A DNA stretch of 64,000 bases, taken from Chiloscyllium plagiosum. Its lineage: Eukaryota. The DNA lies in NCBI RefSeq assembly GCF_004010195.1, contig NC_057718.1, forward strand, positions 60,646,795-60,710,794, written 5' to 3'. The translations under genes and the position numbers were made by a program. The stretch's first letter is position 1, and each line of letters starts with the position of its first letter. Below, one piece after another: positions 38,967 through 51,737 of the stretch. The notes beneath the pieces were generated by a model that saw only the letters and a list, made by a program, of their open reading frames with translations, did no database searches and was not told the origin of the DNA.

Positions 38967-40211
38967 ACAGTTGTTCCAATATTCTATTTTATATTTACCA
39001 CAGAAAAATCAATTGTTAATTGACTTCAATTGTTAACTGATTCTAGTCAAGTCAAACAGCATGGCTCATTCCAAATAAAGGTTACAAAACATAATCTGAC
39101 AACTTGAAATTTATGAAGGACAAGAAATGGCAGTAAGGAAAGTAGAGCTTTAGGGTGCTGAGGTTTGAAAATCATGACAACAGGATAAGTGTCTCATCAG
39201 CACGGGTAGAGACAGTAAAGAGCAGAAGGACCAATGTTGTGGAAATGATTTAGTGACAAATAGAATATGGAGATTAAAGAGAACAGAACTCCAAGATTTT
39301 GGAGTCTGATTCAGCCTGAAAGAGGTGTCTGTGGAGTCACTTAATTTCTAATGGCAAATTACATGTGAACAAGTTAACATATTTTGGGATCTGGGTTGGA
39401 AATGAGGGAAACTGCAATGCTGTATACCGGAAAGTCAAACAAAAAGTGCTGTGAATTTAAGATTTGACCATGAGGAATTCACAATCATATCAGTATAATC
39501 ACACCTGAACTATGAAATGACTTTTTAAGTTTGGAATTAACGCTTTGAAATAATTCCAATAATTTTCTGAATGACATTTAAAATTTAATGCTAGTGAGGG
39601 GGCTATCTGTTTCCTTGGCTCATTACTAATATTTGAGGTTTCATTGACAATAAGACACAATGAAGCTGGCCAACACCTGGTGAATGAGCATAAAATCAAC
39701 AATACAACTCAGTGCTTTCAAAATTTAACCCTACCCAAAAGCAACTGCTTCTCAGGTACCTTTCCACAGAATTGTTCCATCTTACTGCAATTGTTCCACT
39801 TCAGGGTAGAGGATTTGAAGTCCAAAATGTTTCTTGCTAACAATTGCATCTGCTTAGCTCCTTTACCAGGGCACTTCTCAGGAGTGTTGCCAGGCAAAAT
39901 TTAATGCTGATCCACATAAGTAGATACGAAGTCAGGTGACCTTAGAGCTTATTGATAATTGTTTATAGGGAATCTAGATCTTTCAGTAATAGCATCTGGA
40001 TCTTTCAGGATTCAGTCTGAATCTCTGAAGAGTGGAGTCTGAATCTTTGAAGAGTGGAGTGTAGGCCTTTGAAGGATTGAGTTGGGATTTTTGAGGAGAG
40101 AAGTATAGATCAAAGGAACATCCTGATTCCACAGATGTTTTGAATGATCTGGAGATTGAATTTTCAGATAAGAACTCCAATGATGTTGCAGCGGCTGCCA
40201 ATCATGTGTAT

Positions 40212-40900
40212 GGGCCTGATATTTGTCAAGGGGTGTGGCACTGGTGGGTGTAGCAAGTGGTGGTTGGCAGAGAGAGCAGATCAGTCAGAGTAGTGAGTTG
40301 GCAGTGTCACCTGTTGTGCTTGGAGGACGCACTGCAACTCCTCATGGTCCACAAGCAATATTGGAACTGAGCAGTTTTATCTGCCATGTTAGATTTTATT
40401 CTCGCTCGCTGCTGGGTTCAAAGATGAAGGTCTACATTTAAAAACAGATTGGTGACTGTCTGCCCATTTAGAAGTCCACACCATCCCTGTATGCAATATT
40501 TAAAAAAAGGCCTACCTGCCTTTGGAAGGGGAACTACCTCATGTGACAAGCATGGAAGCTTTAGCTGTGTAAGGTAAGGAGGTCCTCCAGCCCATCAGAG
40601 GCAATCCCCAATCCCCTTTAAACTTCTCTAGCCCTTTCTTGACTCCAGCCCTCCTCACTCCTGCCTCTCCCCATTCATTGGGCTACTTTGGCAGAGCCCA
40701 ATGCTTCCTGACCCTAAACTTAGCTGGGCTCCTCAGCTATCTGCAGTACTGTGAAGAGAGAGTTAGAAGACTCACCTTAAAATAAGTAAAGTTGCTGCCA
40801 GTATTAAACTGCTTCAAGATGGTCATAAGGTTCATGGTGGGCTCCCTGTCAACTGCTTAGGTAGGGTGCAGGGACCATGGTTCCTGTAAACTCTAGGCCC
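40212..40900. mobile_element. Possible Harbinger-type MITE
   Basis: Imperfect termini GGGCCTGATATTT and AAACTCTAGGCCC. Confidence 0.35.
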
Positions 40901-43900
40901 ATGGATTCAACCCTTCTGGCCTTCTTTAAGTTGCTGAGATGCCAAGGCCCGGAAAACCCAACCTAATGTGGTCAAGAACGGAATGCACATTAAAATGAAA
41001 ACCCTATGACACTTAAAAGACCAGCCTACTTCCTGCAGTCCAGCTTGTTATCTGTCCTTGGAGCTGCCTTATTTAAATCTAAAGCTGACAAGTCGGGTCA
41101 AGTGGATTTGGTTCATGTTTCAATTTTGCACTTTAATGTCTAACATTAGCTCAGTGCAGCCAACTTTGTAAGTTACCACTCAGCATATTTATTTAAGAAA
41201 AAAGAATTGTTGCACATTTATTACTAAACCAATCACTAGCTAACATGCAATTAAAGTAAAGAGGGCTCTCTAAGAGGCTATAAGATCATTGTTGCACACA
41301 AGGCTATCTTGTACTCCACAATCTCCGCAGTTAATTTCTCCTTGCCCACTCCCTCCTGCAATAGAAGCACATTAAACTCTTAAATATACTCAACACCTAA
41401 AATCAAGTCATAGACATTTAAAACATGTTAAATTATAAATCTAAATTAAACCTAAATCCACATGATTATAAGCAAAATAGTCTTCTTTGGCACAACTCAT
41501 ATTTGATAGTTGAATCATTAGTCATAATAGATCTCCTTAATTTTCATTGTTACTGTTTTACAAGCAAAAGAAAATTTTTTTGCAACATGGTCTACTTATT
41601 TTGGATTATAAGAAGAATGATTGGAAACTTGTATTGCTAATGTAAACTGATTAGAGATGATAAGACTTGATTTGTACTGATTTGCCCTTTTCACTCAATG
41701 ATTTAACAGGCAATGGGATGGAAAGAACAGAATCTAATTTGATTTTAACTGACCATGAATTGAAGTTAATCATTGAGAGGATTTTAGGCATTCTTTGATT
41801 GTGGCATCACAGGATGTTCCAGTCTCTAGGATCGTCTCTGTATTTAATATTTCAAACATACCACTGTGGGAACGTAACAGGCAGTTTATTGAGATGAAGA
41901 ATTTCTTTTCTGTTCTCGAATTTTGAATCTTGTGGAAATCCACATGCAGTACTGAAAAATCCTCAGTCTAATCATTACACTGAAATTTCAAAGAACTAAA
42001 GATCAAGTAACACTTTACATTAATGCATTTTGCTTTTTAATTGATTTATTTTTCATATATCTTCATGTTTCAGTTGTACACTATTTAAAAGCTCACAGCT
42101 TCAGTATTTTGAAGTGTTTTTTGTTTTATATTTGTCAGAATGCTGCATGCTTTCTGTTCAGAGCTAGAGTATGTAAATATGTAGCTTGGATCTTAAACTC
42201 TGAAATTAAAAGATATGTCATCTCTCTTTGAAATTCATGAACCATTTGAACTCCACGGCAGTATTTCTGCATCAGGTTGACGATGGTAATCAGGTTTATA
42301 TTTATATTATTGTTGTTAATGCAAATAAAATTGTGAAATAAAACATGGCTTGTCATTTAAATTTATCTCTCTACTTTCAGTGTCTTGCCCCACTGGCAGC
42401 GATAGTTAAATGCATGCAGAACGTACAGATGCAACAAGTGAAGGGGAGTGGTTAATTCAGATTCCATGGCTGGACTGACCATGCATTTATTGACTCTCTC
42501 TGTTAAACCATGAGATTCCAGAAACTGAAAAGGACATTCATTCCCAGGGCTATCAACAAGGAGGGAGATAACATCTTTGCAATTTTTTATGGATAACAGT
42601 ATATATACAAGAACCTGGAAAGGCACACTACAGCACCCCTTTTCTTTGGTTTTTATTATCCTGATTATACATTTCGTTCATTTTTTTCCAAAAAAATTGT
42701 CTTTCATGTCTTGAGCACAGTTTGAGTTGTATTCAGTACCAGTATGCTCCAGTACAGCAGACAGATTTATGTGCCTCCCATTCTTGACTTACAACAGTCT
42801 TGTAGATTAACCCTTGGGACCTAAGGAGATCAGCCAGCAAAACCATTTGTTAATATGCAAAATATGCTTTATGAATTCATCCTAGCTATGGCTTTCTATC
42901 CCCTTTCCAAATCTCTCTATTTGTAGTCAGTGTTCGAAGTAGACTTTTCCTGAGAAAAAAATAGATCCTGCAAATTAGCCAGTGCTAAGTAATCAGCCCA
43001 TCCTTCACACTGTGTGAAGCTTAACATTAATTGCACCTGTTTGCTTTATGTTACAAAGGAAAACTATTACATTCTATTTATCACTGTGTGGTCCCTTTCT
43101 TCATTGAGTTCTTCAATTTATTTATTAATTCTTTACCGCACAACAAATCTGCAAAGGATTAAAGGTTTTTTAAAATAAATTAAATAAACAAAGAAAAAAT
43201 CGCAAGGCTGTATTCTGTGGTACTCAAGCTCATGGAGTAATTCTATGAAGGGAAAGTGCAGAGTAGCAGCACACTGACCTGAAGAATCTCAGTGCTGCAC
43301 TCACACTGGCAAAGTGTCACGTTTTCAAGCACTCCATCACAAAAACAGCCTTCCTTTCTCTGAGTCGAAACCACTGACGACGTGGAGCACGCGGATCAGA
43401 GGGTCATTAAAAACCATCAAAGGAGGCAGCTTCATGATGGTAATAAGGTGGTTGCAGGGAAATAAAGTGGGCATTGATCGCAGTATTGAGTGTGACATTT
43501 TAACCGAACTAGGAGCCAGGACAGCTCCAGCCTTGCTCTATTCATCTGCCTGCCTATTTTAGTAAATTACCTTTTTCTCAACCACTGGTCTCAGAGGTCA
43601 GACCATATTAGCTATCTTGTTAATACTGAGAGGATCAATACTTAATCAACAAGTAATGGGATTTTGCAGTCATCCCATATGATCTTTCAATAAAGCCCCA
43701 AATCTATCTGCACTGTTTCTGCAGCTGACTAAAAAATGTACAATGCTATAGAGCAGGGATTTGATGCTCTGATGCTCTTAGACTCATCTGCATCTGATTA
43801 AGACACTGTGCTGCTGCTGCCCTTCACCCCTTTGTTCCTTTATCCTCATGTAATGGAGCATTGCATAGAAATTCAACATCTTTGCTTTACACTACAACTA

Positions 43901-44519
43901 AATGAATTAATATTAACTCAGTGAAATCTGATTCAGAATGTTCAAGGCCCATTCGTAAAGTAAAATGCAACTGCAACAATGCTGGATCTAAAAATCACAC
44001 ATCTAAAAAAAGTAGTAATATATCTTTTTGAAGGATATTTTTTAGGATCATGTGAATCATAATTTATTTGTATTTTTGTTCAATGGGGCTGTCAAGGAAT
44101 GATTGAATTGTAGGCTTGACTTTGGCTCCCCCTGGGGCTAAAGGGTGGAGAGCGTGGGCTGTTCAAATGGAGCAAAGAGCATCCCACCATGCTCCAACCT
44201 GTTTGAGTACAACTTTAAATTGCAGGCAACAGGGACACCAACCTACTTATCCTGGGGTAGGGGAGAATTGGGCAGATTGGTCTCCGCTGCTGTCTTTGAG
44301 ACCCAAAGCACCATTTCAACCTGAGAACTGAGGAGGGAGCACATGATTATGAACCAAGAGGAGCAGGACTGTTGTTTGGGTTGGCATAAGGAAACTATGA
44401 GGTTGTCTTGCCCTGCCTATTTTCCAACTAATACTACCTCCAGAAGCACTGACCTGGGGAACCATACAGGTGTTTATCCATGGCCTAATGCTATTACACA
44501 GAGCTAATTCACTGAATGC

Positions 44520-44900
44520 AATATGGTTGTTGAAAAGACACTGACCTTCCATTCAAGAGATTGTGGAATACTCATACCAGGACAGGCTCTGCCCCTAGAA
44601 GGTCCAATTTTGAATTGCATAAGTGTCCAGGGGCCTGGGATGGCATGCATATACTGGTAGACTGATGGTTCTCAGGGAATGAATGCTATCATCCCAAGAG
44701 ACGATGACAGAGTGGTGTACCATGTTGCCACTTTCACAGGATCAGCACCTCAAGATCCCTGAAGATACATTAGAATAGATTGTTGAACCTGCAGATCCTG
44801 TCGAAGAAGACAACAAGCTGAGCTTCCTCTGCAGCATTCAAACAGTGTGGAGTTGCTGCTTATTCATGCTGTAATGGAAGCTTTTCTGTTTCACTGGATA
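44520..44900 (+). mobile_element. Possible second Harbinger transposase relic
   Basis: WFSGNECYHPKRR resembles the WLLGDKGYPL motif. Confidence 0.35.
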
Positions 44901-46051
44901 TCAAGACTGTTAGTCCGAGAGTTGTCATAAATTTGTTCTAAATAATTTTATCAAAGTTCACAGTGTTCAATTTACCTGTCAGATAGACTCAGTATAACGG
45001 AAAGCACGGGCCTTGTTTCTACACTTTACAAGAACTGCCATTTATTATAAATAAGTAGATTTAACCAGAGTTAAATAATTATGAGCTGTCAACATTTAAC
45101 TCTACCATTTGAAAAACTAACCCCTTCCTAAAACCTTCCTACACTCACATAAAGACAAATAAACTGGTGTTATGGATGGAGGGAACAAAATCCTGGAGAA
45201 ACAGTTTAGTGGAGCCAGTTCTCAGGATTCAACAAAGGGTTTCTTTTCATTTCCCCAAGTTCTTTACTTTCCTAAGCTTTTCCATCAGGTGCTTTCACTT
45301 CTATCTTCTTTACAGGAAGCAGTGAGCAACTCACAAATAATAAAATGAATTAGGGATTAAAAGCAATAGGATGTAGTAACTGGTGGGAGAAAATGACCGG
45401 CTTTCTTTAACTTTGGATATTTTACTGGAGAAGGTGAGAGACCCAACAATTCCAAAGATCCAAGAGCTTCTCACACCTACAAACTGCTCAGCTACCCAGG
45501 AACTAAACAGAGATTTGTCATCAGGTTGATGATCTTTGACACCAATTGGTCACAATTCCACAAACCAATCAGCAATATCTTACTAGCTGAATACATAGCT
45601 CAATGTAGGCTGCTCCTCTTGCACCCTTCCCCATTACTTATGAAGATACAGTGCAAACACAACTTAAAATGAGTTCCAGTATTTTGCTTTGACAACTACA
45701 GCAATTCCTTCCCCAATGTTTGGTGTGAATCAGACCTTTTCTCAATTCAGTCTACAATCAAATTAAAAGTAAAATAAAAAGATACAGCCTTTGCAGAGTG
45801 GAGACTTCAGCCATTAGATGCTACATTACGGGTGGATCTGCAAATGATTGAATTGACTTGGCCACCAATTCCATGCTGGGAAGGATGGGTTTCATACTCT
45901 GCACAGAAATCTCTGTGTCAAGTTTGCGCTAAACTCTGACATCCTTCTTGACATTGAGCAGCGAATTAATCAGCCTTTTTATGTCCCGTCAAAGTGCTTG
46001 CTTAATTCCTCTGCAGGGCAATTCATGTATATCTTTACCCTCATAGAACTT

Positions 46052-46420
46052 AAGGGAGAGGGAGACGGTGACGGGGGTTTGGGGGAGTGTGATGATGATG
46101 GGCAGAAAGGGATTGTGATGGGGAGAGGGTAGCAATGATGGGGAAGAGGGTGATAGTGATGGAGAGAGGGGCATGGTGATGGGGCGAGGAGGGTGGTGAT
46201 GGAGAAGTAGGTAACAGTGATGGGATAGAGGGAGCTGGTGATGGGAAAGAGGGAGATGGCAGAGAAGGGGCCAGTGATACGGAGGGTGTGACAATGATGG
46301 GGGAGAGGGGTTTGTTGGTGGGGAGAAGCAGTTGGTGATGAGGAGAGAGAATTGGTGATGGGGACAGAGGATGACAATGAAGCATGAAGGGAAGAGTGGA
46401 TGATGCTGAGTGCAAGAAGA
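46052..46420 (+). repeat. Purine-rich degenerate repeat of GTGATGGGGAGAG-like units
   Basis: Strong G/A strand bias, which explains three overlapping low-complexity minus ORFs. Confidence 0.9.
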
Positions 46421-46609
46421 AGACAGTTATCATGCCCATGTGGTATCGGTGATGTCAGCAAACAGGACTCAGCTCCTAATTCATTTTTAAAATTTACTTT
46501 TAAAAAATCTTAACATTAGTTTTTGTGAGCCTAGCTCCATTAACAAATTGTTGATGTAAGTGGTCAAAATTCAAACATTTCAGAATATTTCTAACTGCCA
46601 CAAGAAAAC

Positions 46610-46820
46610 CAATACAAGGGCTAAATACTGCAGGTGCTGGAAATCTGAATTAAAACTGAGATCATCGGAAATATTCCACAGATCTGACAGAAACCTCTTC
46701 TCATAGTTCGAATTCAAGGTCATCAGCTTGAAACGTTCACACTGTTTAAGTCAAATCAAATCAAATCAAATCAGATGTTGTCAGACCTGCTGATTATTTC
46801 CCATATTTTCAGTGTTTATT
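46610..46820. mobile_element. Old inverted-repeat short element related to the hammerhead families, with internal (TCAAA)n
   Basis: aaatactgcaggtgctggaaatctgaa...ttGAAAcgtt...cagacctgctgattatttcc. Confidence 0.55.
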
Positions 46821-47094
46821 TTACGAGTTTGGATCTGACTTAGATGCTCTCTAAGATATAATGCTAATTCCCCCGTAAATAGTGTGGCTTTTCACATTCA
46901 CAGAATATATAATTATATGACAATGTAACACTGAGTCCATTCCAAACTGATCTCGATGTTTTGTTCCTCACAGGTTCTCTGGTCTGTTCAGTTCAAGTGG
47001 AAGAACTAAAAGATTTCTAGCATGAGCTGAGGTGTGATATGGAAAATCTTCCTTTACATTTGATCAGTGAAGAATTGGATTTACGATTTTGAGA

Positions 47095-49700
47095 TCAAGT
47101 AAACATATTTTTAAAAAACTGTATTATTCTTTTTGGCTGGATCACTCCATGTTTTTCTTGATTCTGAATTTTTGTGGACTTAAGATAAGTGAATTTTCGC
47201 TCACTAGTCCAGGCATACTTCCCAGACCGATCTGGTGACAGATTTTCACTAACTCCTTTGGAATGTTTTGTTTCTTTTGCACTCCCAGATTGTAGAAAGG
47301 GTGTTCTCCCAGTTGTTTTCCCCAGAATGTTTTTTAACATGGTTCCATACACAAAACCATTAGCCCTCGAGAGTGAGTCCACTGAAGATAGCCTTCTTAT
47401 TCTTAAATAAATGGAGACAATTTTGGTTTAATGGGGAGCAATTTCCACTTTTATCACATGGACAATAACCCAGCACAGCAAATCCGTCATAAATTGAAAG
47501 AGGTGCTTGGGGTCTTGAGTGGGTTGCAAGTAGAAAATAGAATGGTGTTGCATCTTTGTGTTGCACACTACATTGAAAAGGGTTGAAGTGTTGAGGGGAC
47601 CAAGATGGGATGTGGCTGAAGGAGGGGCACCTTTAGAAAGCTGATAAAGGGAAGGCAGTGGAGGAGGGAGGGAGGACGTGTTTGGTGATGAGAGCTCATG
47701 TTAGGATGGCCAAGATGGTGCAGAGAGTATGTAGACTAGTGGAAGATGTGGACAAGAGGTAACCAGTTTTGATTTTGGGAGATGTGGAAGGGCTAATGTG
47801 TAATAGCTGCAATGACATGATATCTATCAATCACTGCAGACGGAAATCCCCAGTTACAGGAGAAGGGAGGCATATTGAAGCACAGGTGTGAACTTTGAAA
47901 CAGATGTGTTGGAAACAGGGAAACAGAGAATGGAAACAGACTGGGAGCAATTGTAATGAAGGCAACTGCGGGTTTGAAGTAGCCCATCTGTTGTAGAACC
48001 CTTCCCCACTTTCATTCCATTGCAAACCAAAATACAGGCAGTTCTCTCAGCCAGATTACCACCTGTAAAATGAAGAAGAGAATTTACTCCATGTATTCCT
48101 TTGCAGGAAGTCATTTGACTTTTGTTGTATGAATTTGAAGTAGTCTGTGAGCAAAATCAGCCATGCAGATTTATACACAGCATAGTAGTCTAACTCAGTA
48201 AAATCTAAATTCCTATTTGCATCAGCACATGATGCTAGAAGGAGTACTACAACAACATTAGGAAGGGTGAACTGATTCCCATCTTTGCAATTCCCCTGGT
48301 TGGGCACAACAAAGATTTTAAAAGAAATTCTTTTAGAATGAAGCTATATCACATTTTAATTAAAATGGTGTAAAATGTAAGAAAGGGAGAGTGGCTAGTA
48401 CACAAAGGAAGATTAAGAACAGGAATTTTGAAAAGGTTCCTGGAGTCCTTGAGTTGTTATGGTTGAACCTGAAACCATGGTTGTTTAAATGATGTCGCAA
48501 ATCCACAGCCGTAGGGAAATTTATAGAGTCCTTGAGTTCTCTGTAAATAGATGTTTCTCTGATTATTTTTGTCACCAGTGCTAGTTTTTGAGTTGATGGT
48601 GAGGAAGTAAAGAAAAATAGAGTCTTCTAGTCCCCAATTTTACTGGTCCATTTTCTTTCTCTCTGCTATTCTGACAGACAGCTACTAAAATGTAGTTCAT
48701 TTGTGCATTCTCAAGTCTGGCTCAACTGTCTTTCCAAGCTGGATACTGGCAGGGAACCTTTTCATGTCTAATATATGCAACTTCTCATACAAGTGTAAAT
48801 TAGAACAGGGTCATTCTCAATGCCTGACTCAGTTAATTGGTTTAACTTACTGTAGATAAAATGTTAATTTCAGTTCAGATAATTTCATTTATTCCATAAT
48901 GGTATCCTGACCTTGCAGCAACCTGTGGTCAGATGATTGTTGCAATCATATTGGGTCTATGATTCTTCCTTTTTAAAACAATTCCAATCCATGGAGGTTT
49001 TAAAATCAAATGAAAGAGGTTGAAAATTGATAGTCCATAATTTACCATGATCAGGACTGGACCTTGCCTGAATCCACTTTAAAATATTGAAAATCAGTGA
49101 GGTGCAGTGAAAAAATGATTGAACTTCTTTGATTTGATGAATGAGAGGAAAGATGAAATTTCAGAATAGTTATTCTCCTCAAGCCAAAGAGAACGGTGAT
49201 GGGTAATACAACAAAAGGTTTTATCTTAAGCTTTTTTTTGGTTAAACAGTAGTTGAATTGCACTTTTAGAGTTATTTTATGGTAAGTTTTCTTGTCATAT
49301 CTTACCAAATGCATTGTATCAATTACTTACCATGCCGCCAAGTCATCCATATTGTTTAATTTTAGTCCCATTTTACCATGCACCATTCCCAGAACAACTC
49401 ACCACTACCAAGTTATCCTGGAATTGAACACAGCTCCTGGGGTAGCAACATCTTTAAAAGTCTGTTGTGCAGTTGGACAAGCATGTCCGGCTAGAGCTGT
49501 GCTGCACAGCTCCTGATATTTGTCTCAGACATGGCAAACAAGAGAAATTTGATACTTTGCATATTGGTAAGACCCTGGAGATCCTGCTGGATGCACAGGC
49601 ACCAGCAGAGCAGGCTATGATATCGTAGAAATCCAGTGTGGTTTGAGGTTGCCACCAAGTTTATTGCAGACTCAGCCTTTCTCAATGAATGCCCCTCACT
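47095..49700 (-). mobile_element. Ancient, internally deleted RTE-like LINE
   Basis: Motif order TNIRS...LPQE (EN start), MDYQ...SDH (EN end), then RRLSSVDSLSR...GKTTGRTP...PDRS (RTE-type C-terminus). Confidence 0.55.
47590..48000 (-). mobile_element. Penelope-like element coding remnant (RT thumb/linker)
   Basis: PFSVSL...NMPPFSCNWGFPSAVIDR resembles IPFSQFLR...RGFP..VVDRA. Confidence 0.6.
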
Positions 49701-50029
49701 ATAGGAAGAAAAAGGTTTTTCACTAGTCCATTGAAAGCTAGGGGCCATGCTTAGGGACAGAGCGGCCATGTTCCGCAAAGCAATAGTTGAATCTGCATTT
49801 TTAGAATTTATTCACAGGATGATCATTTATTCCCCACTCCAAATTGCTCAGAGGGCAGTTAACAGTCAACCATATTGCTGTGGGTCTGCAGTCATATGTA
49901 GGCCAGATCAGGGAAGTTAACCGGATGGGTTTTTCTGACAATCAACAATGGATTCATGGTCATGATTAGACTCTTAATTCCAGATTTTTAAAAATTGAAT
50001 ACAAATTCCACAATGGGGAGGAAACCATA

Positions 50030-50145
50030 GTAAGCAGTAAACAGAGTATATTATATTTAAAGAATTGAATGTAAATTGCTGCTTCACTTGGAAACAGTGT
50101 TTGGGTCAATGGAGTTGAGGGGAGAGAAGGTAAAAGGGCAGATGT
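50030..50145 (-). mobile_element. Penelope-like GIY-YIG endonuclease N-terminal remnant
   Basis: FQVKQQFTFNSLNIIYSVYC resembles FQVRQRFTC.S.N.VYCI.C. Confidence 0.6.
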
Positions 50146-50149
50146 TATA

Positions 50150-50310
50150 TAGAACATGGAACAGTACAGCAAAGAAACAGGCCCTTTGGCCCACCATGTC
50201 TGTGCCAATCATGATGCAATTCTAAACTAATCACATTTGTCTGTATATGGTTCATATCCCTTTATTCCTTGCCTGTTCATGTGTCTGTCTAAATGCCTGT
50301 TACACATTGT
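50150..50310 (-). mobile_element. CR1 3' tail
   Basis: aaacaggccctttggcccacc and gtctaaatgcct tail motifs. Confidence 0.8.
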
Positions 50311-51423
50311 GGTTCTGTAGAAGTGTAATACAGATGGGACAGGAGTGTAGTAGGTGATTGGTGTCCCAAAATGTGACACAATTTTCTTTCACTTTCTCAA
50401 ATGCAAATAATCTCTTTTGTTCAGTCAGAATACATTTTCTGAGGTAAAATCTCTAAAAAAAATTTGCTGCTAACTATGAACAATTGGGCAATAAGGAAGG
50501 CTCACCTAATCCTTACAGTGAACAACCTATCACATTTTCTTTTAACTGTTTGATCTGAAAGAAATCTTGCTTTTTGTAAGCAGTTCCACAGTGATTTATT
50601 TTCTATACCAGTTTTATCCAGCTTTCCTTTGAATGAATTGAAGAACTAATTTCTTGTGAACAGAAGTGCCTTGATGAAAATCCTACAAAGTAATGTTGTT
50701 ATCTGAAATGAAAACCTTAATTTTGAAGAAAAAGAAGATTGCTGTTTTGAGCATTCAATGCAAAATTCCAAGCATCAATGCGAGTGTTTCAAAGATTGGT
50801 TCTGGTGCTAATCAATAGATTTGATAACTTAGGTTATTTCTCAGGGGGAGGAACTGCCTGTTTATTTTGTTCAGTCACATAATTTTCTTTCTGCCAATTG
50901 ATTACTGGAAAACAAAATATTCCAGGTGGAGAGGCTAGGGTTGGGGGTGACAGGGTGGTGCTGGATGCCATGGGAGGTGTTGGGGTCTGTAACCATATTA
51001 CCCAAATAAAGCAATTCATTTCAATTTTACCAGGTTTCCATTGCAACAAATGGTGAAGAAGAGTTCACAAGACAGCTTCCTCCTGCAGTGAACAAAATAT
51101 AATGTAGGTTCCCTCATAGCTTAGCTGATTAAATGGATGGGGAGGTGAGCTGAGTGCACCATGAAGGGCCAGGGGTTCACTTCTTGATGTGTGTATTTTT
51201 TAAAAACTGATTTCCATCAAGGACTGCTCCAATTGGCCTTATTACCCTTTCCAAACCAACAAGAACTGTCGCTGATTACAAATGGCAAGTGTGCCTGGGT
51301 AAAGACTGGATGAGAGCAAAATCTGTGTGGGCTTGTGGTGCAACTGCAGTGCGTCTGACTACAGATTGGAAGGTTGCGTGTTCAAATCATGTTAGGCTCA
51401 CTGAAGCTCAATTTCCTGCATTT

Positions 51424-51737
51424 GGGGTGGCATGGTGGCTCAGTGGTTAGCACTGCTGCCTCACAGCACCAAGGTCCCAGGTTCGATCCCAGCCTCAGAC
51501 GACTATGTGGAGTTTGCACATTCTCCCGTGTCTGCGTGGGTTTCCTCTGGGTGCTTGCTTTTCCTCCCACAGTCCAAAGATGTGCAGGTCAGGTGAATTG
51601 GCCATGCTAAGTTGCCCATAGCGCTGGGTGCGTTAGTCAGAGGGAAATGGGTCTGGGTGGGTTACTCTTCGGAGGGTCGGTATGGACTGGTTGGGCCGAA
51701 AGGCCTGTTTCCACACTGTAGGGAATCTAACCTAATC
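51424..51737 (+). mobile_element. Full-length HE1-like SINE
   Basis: A box TGGCTCAGTGG, B box GGTTCGATCCC, conserved core and CR1-like tail. Confidence 0.92.

Noticed and set aside
45979..46461. Three overlapping His/Pro/Ser-rich ORFs
   Set aside because: Artefact of the purine-rich repeat.
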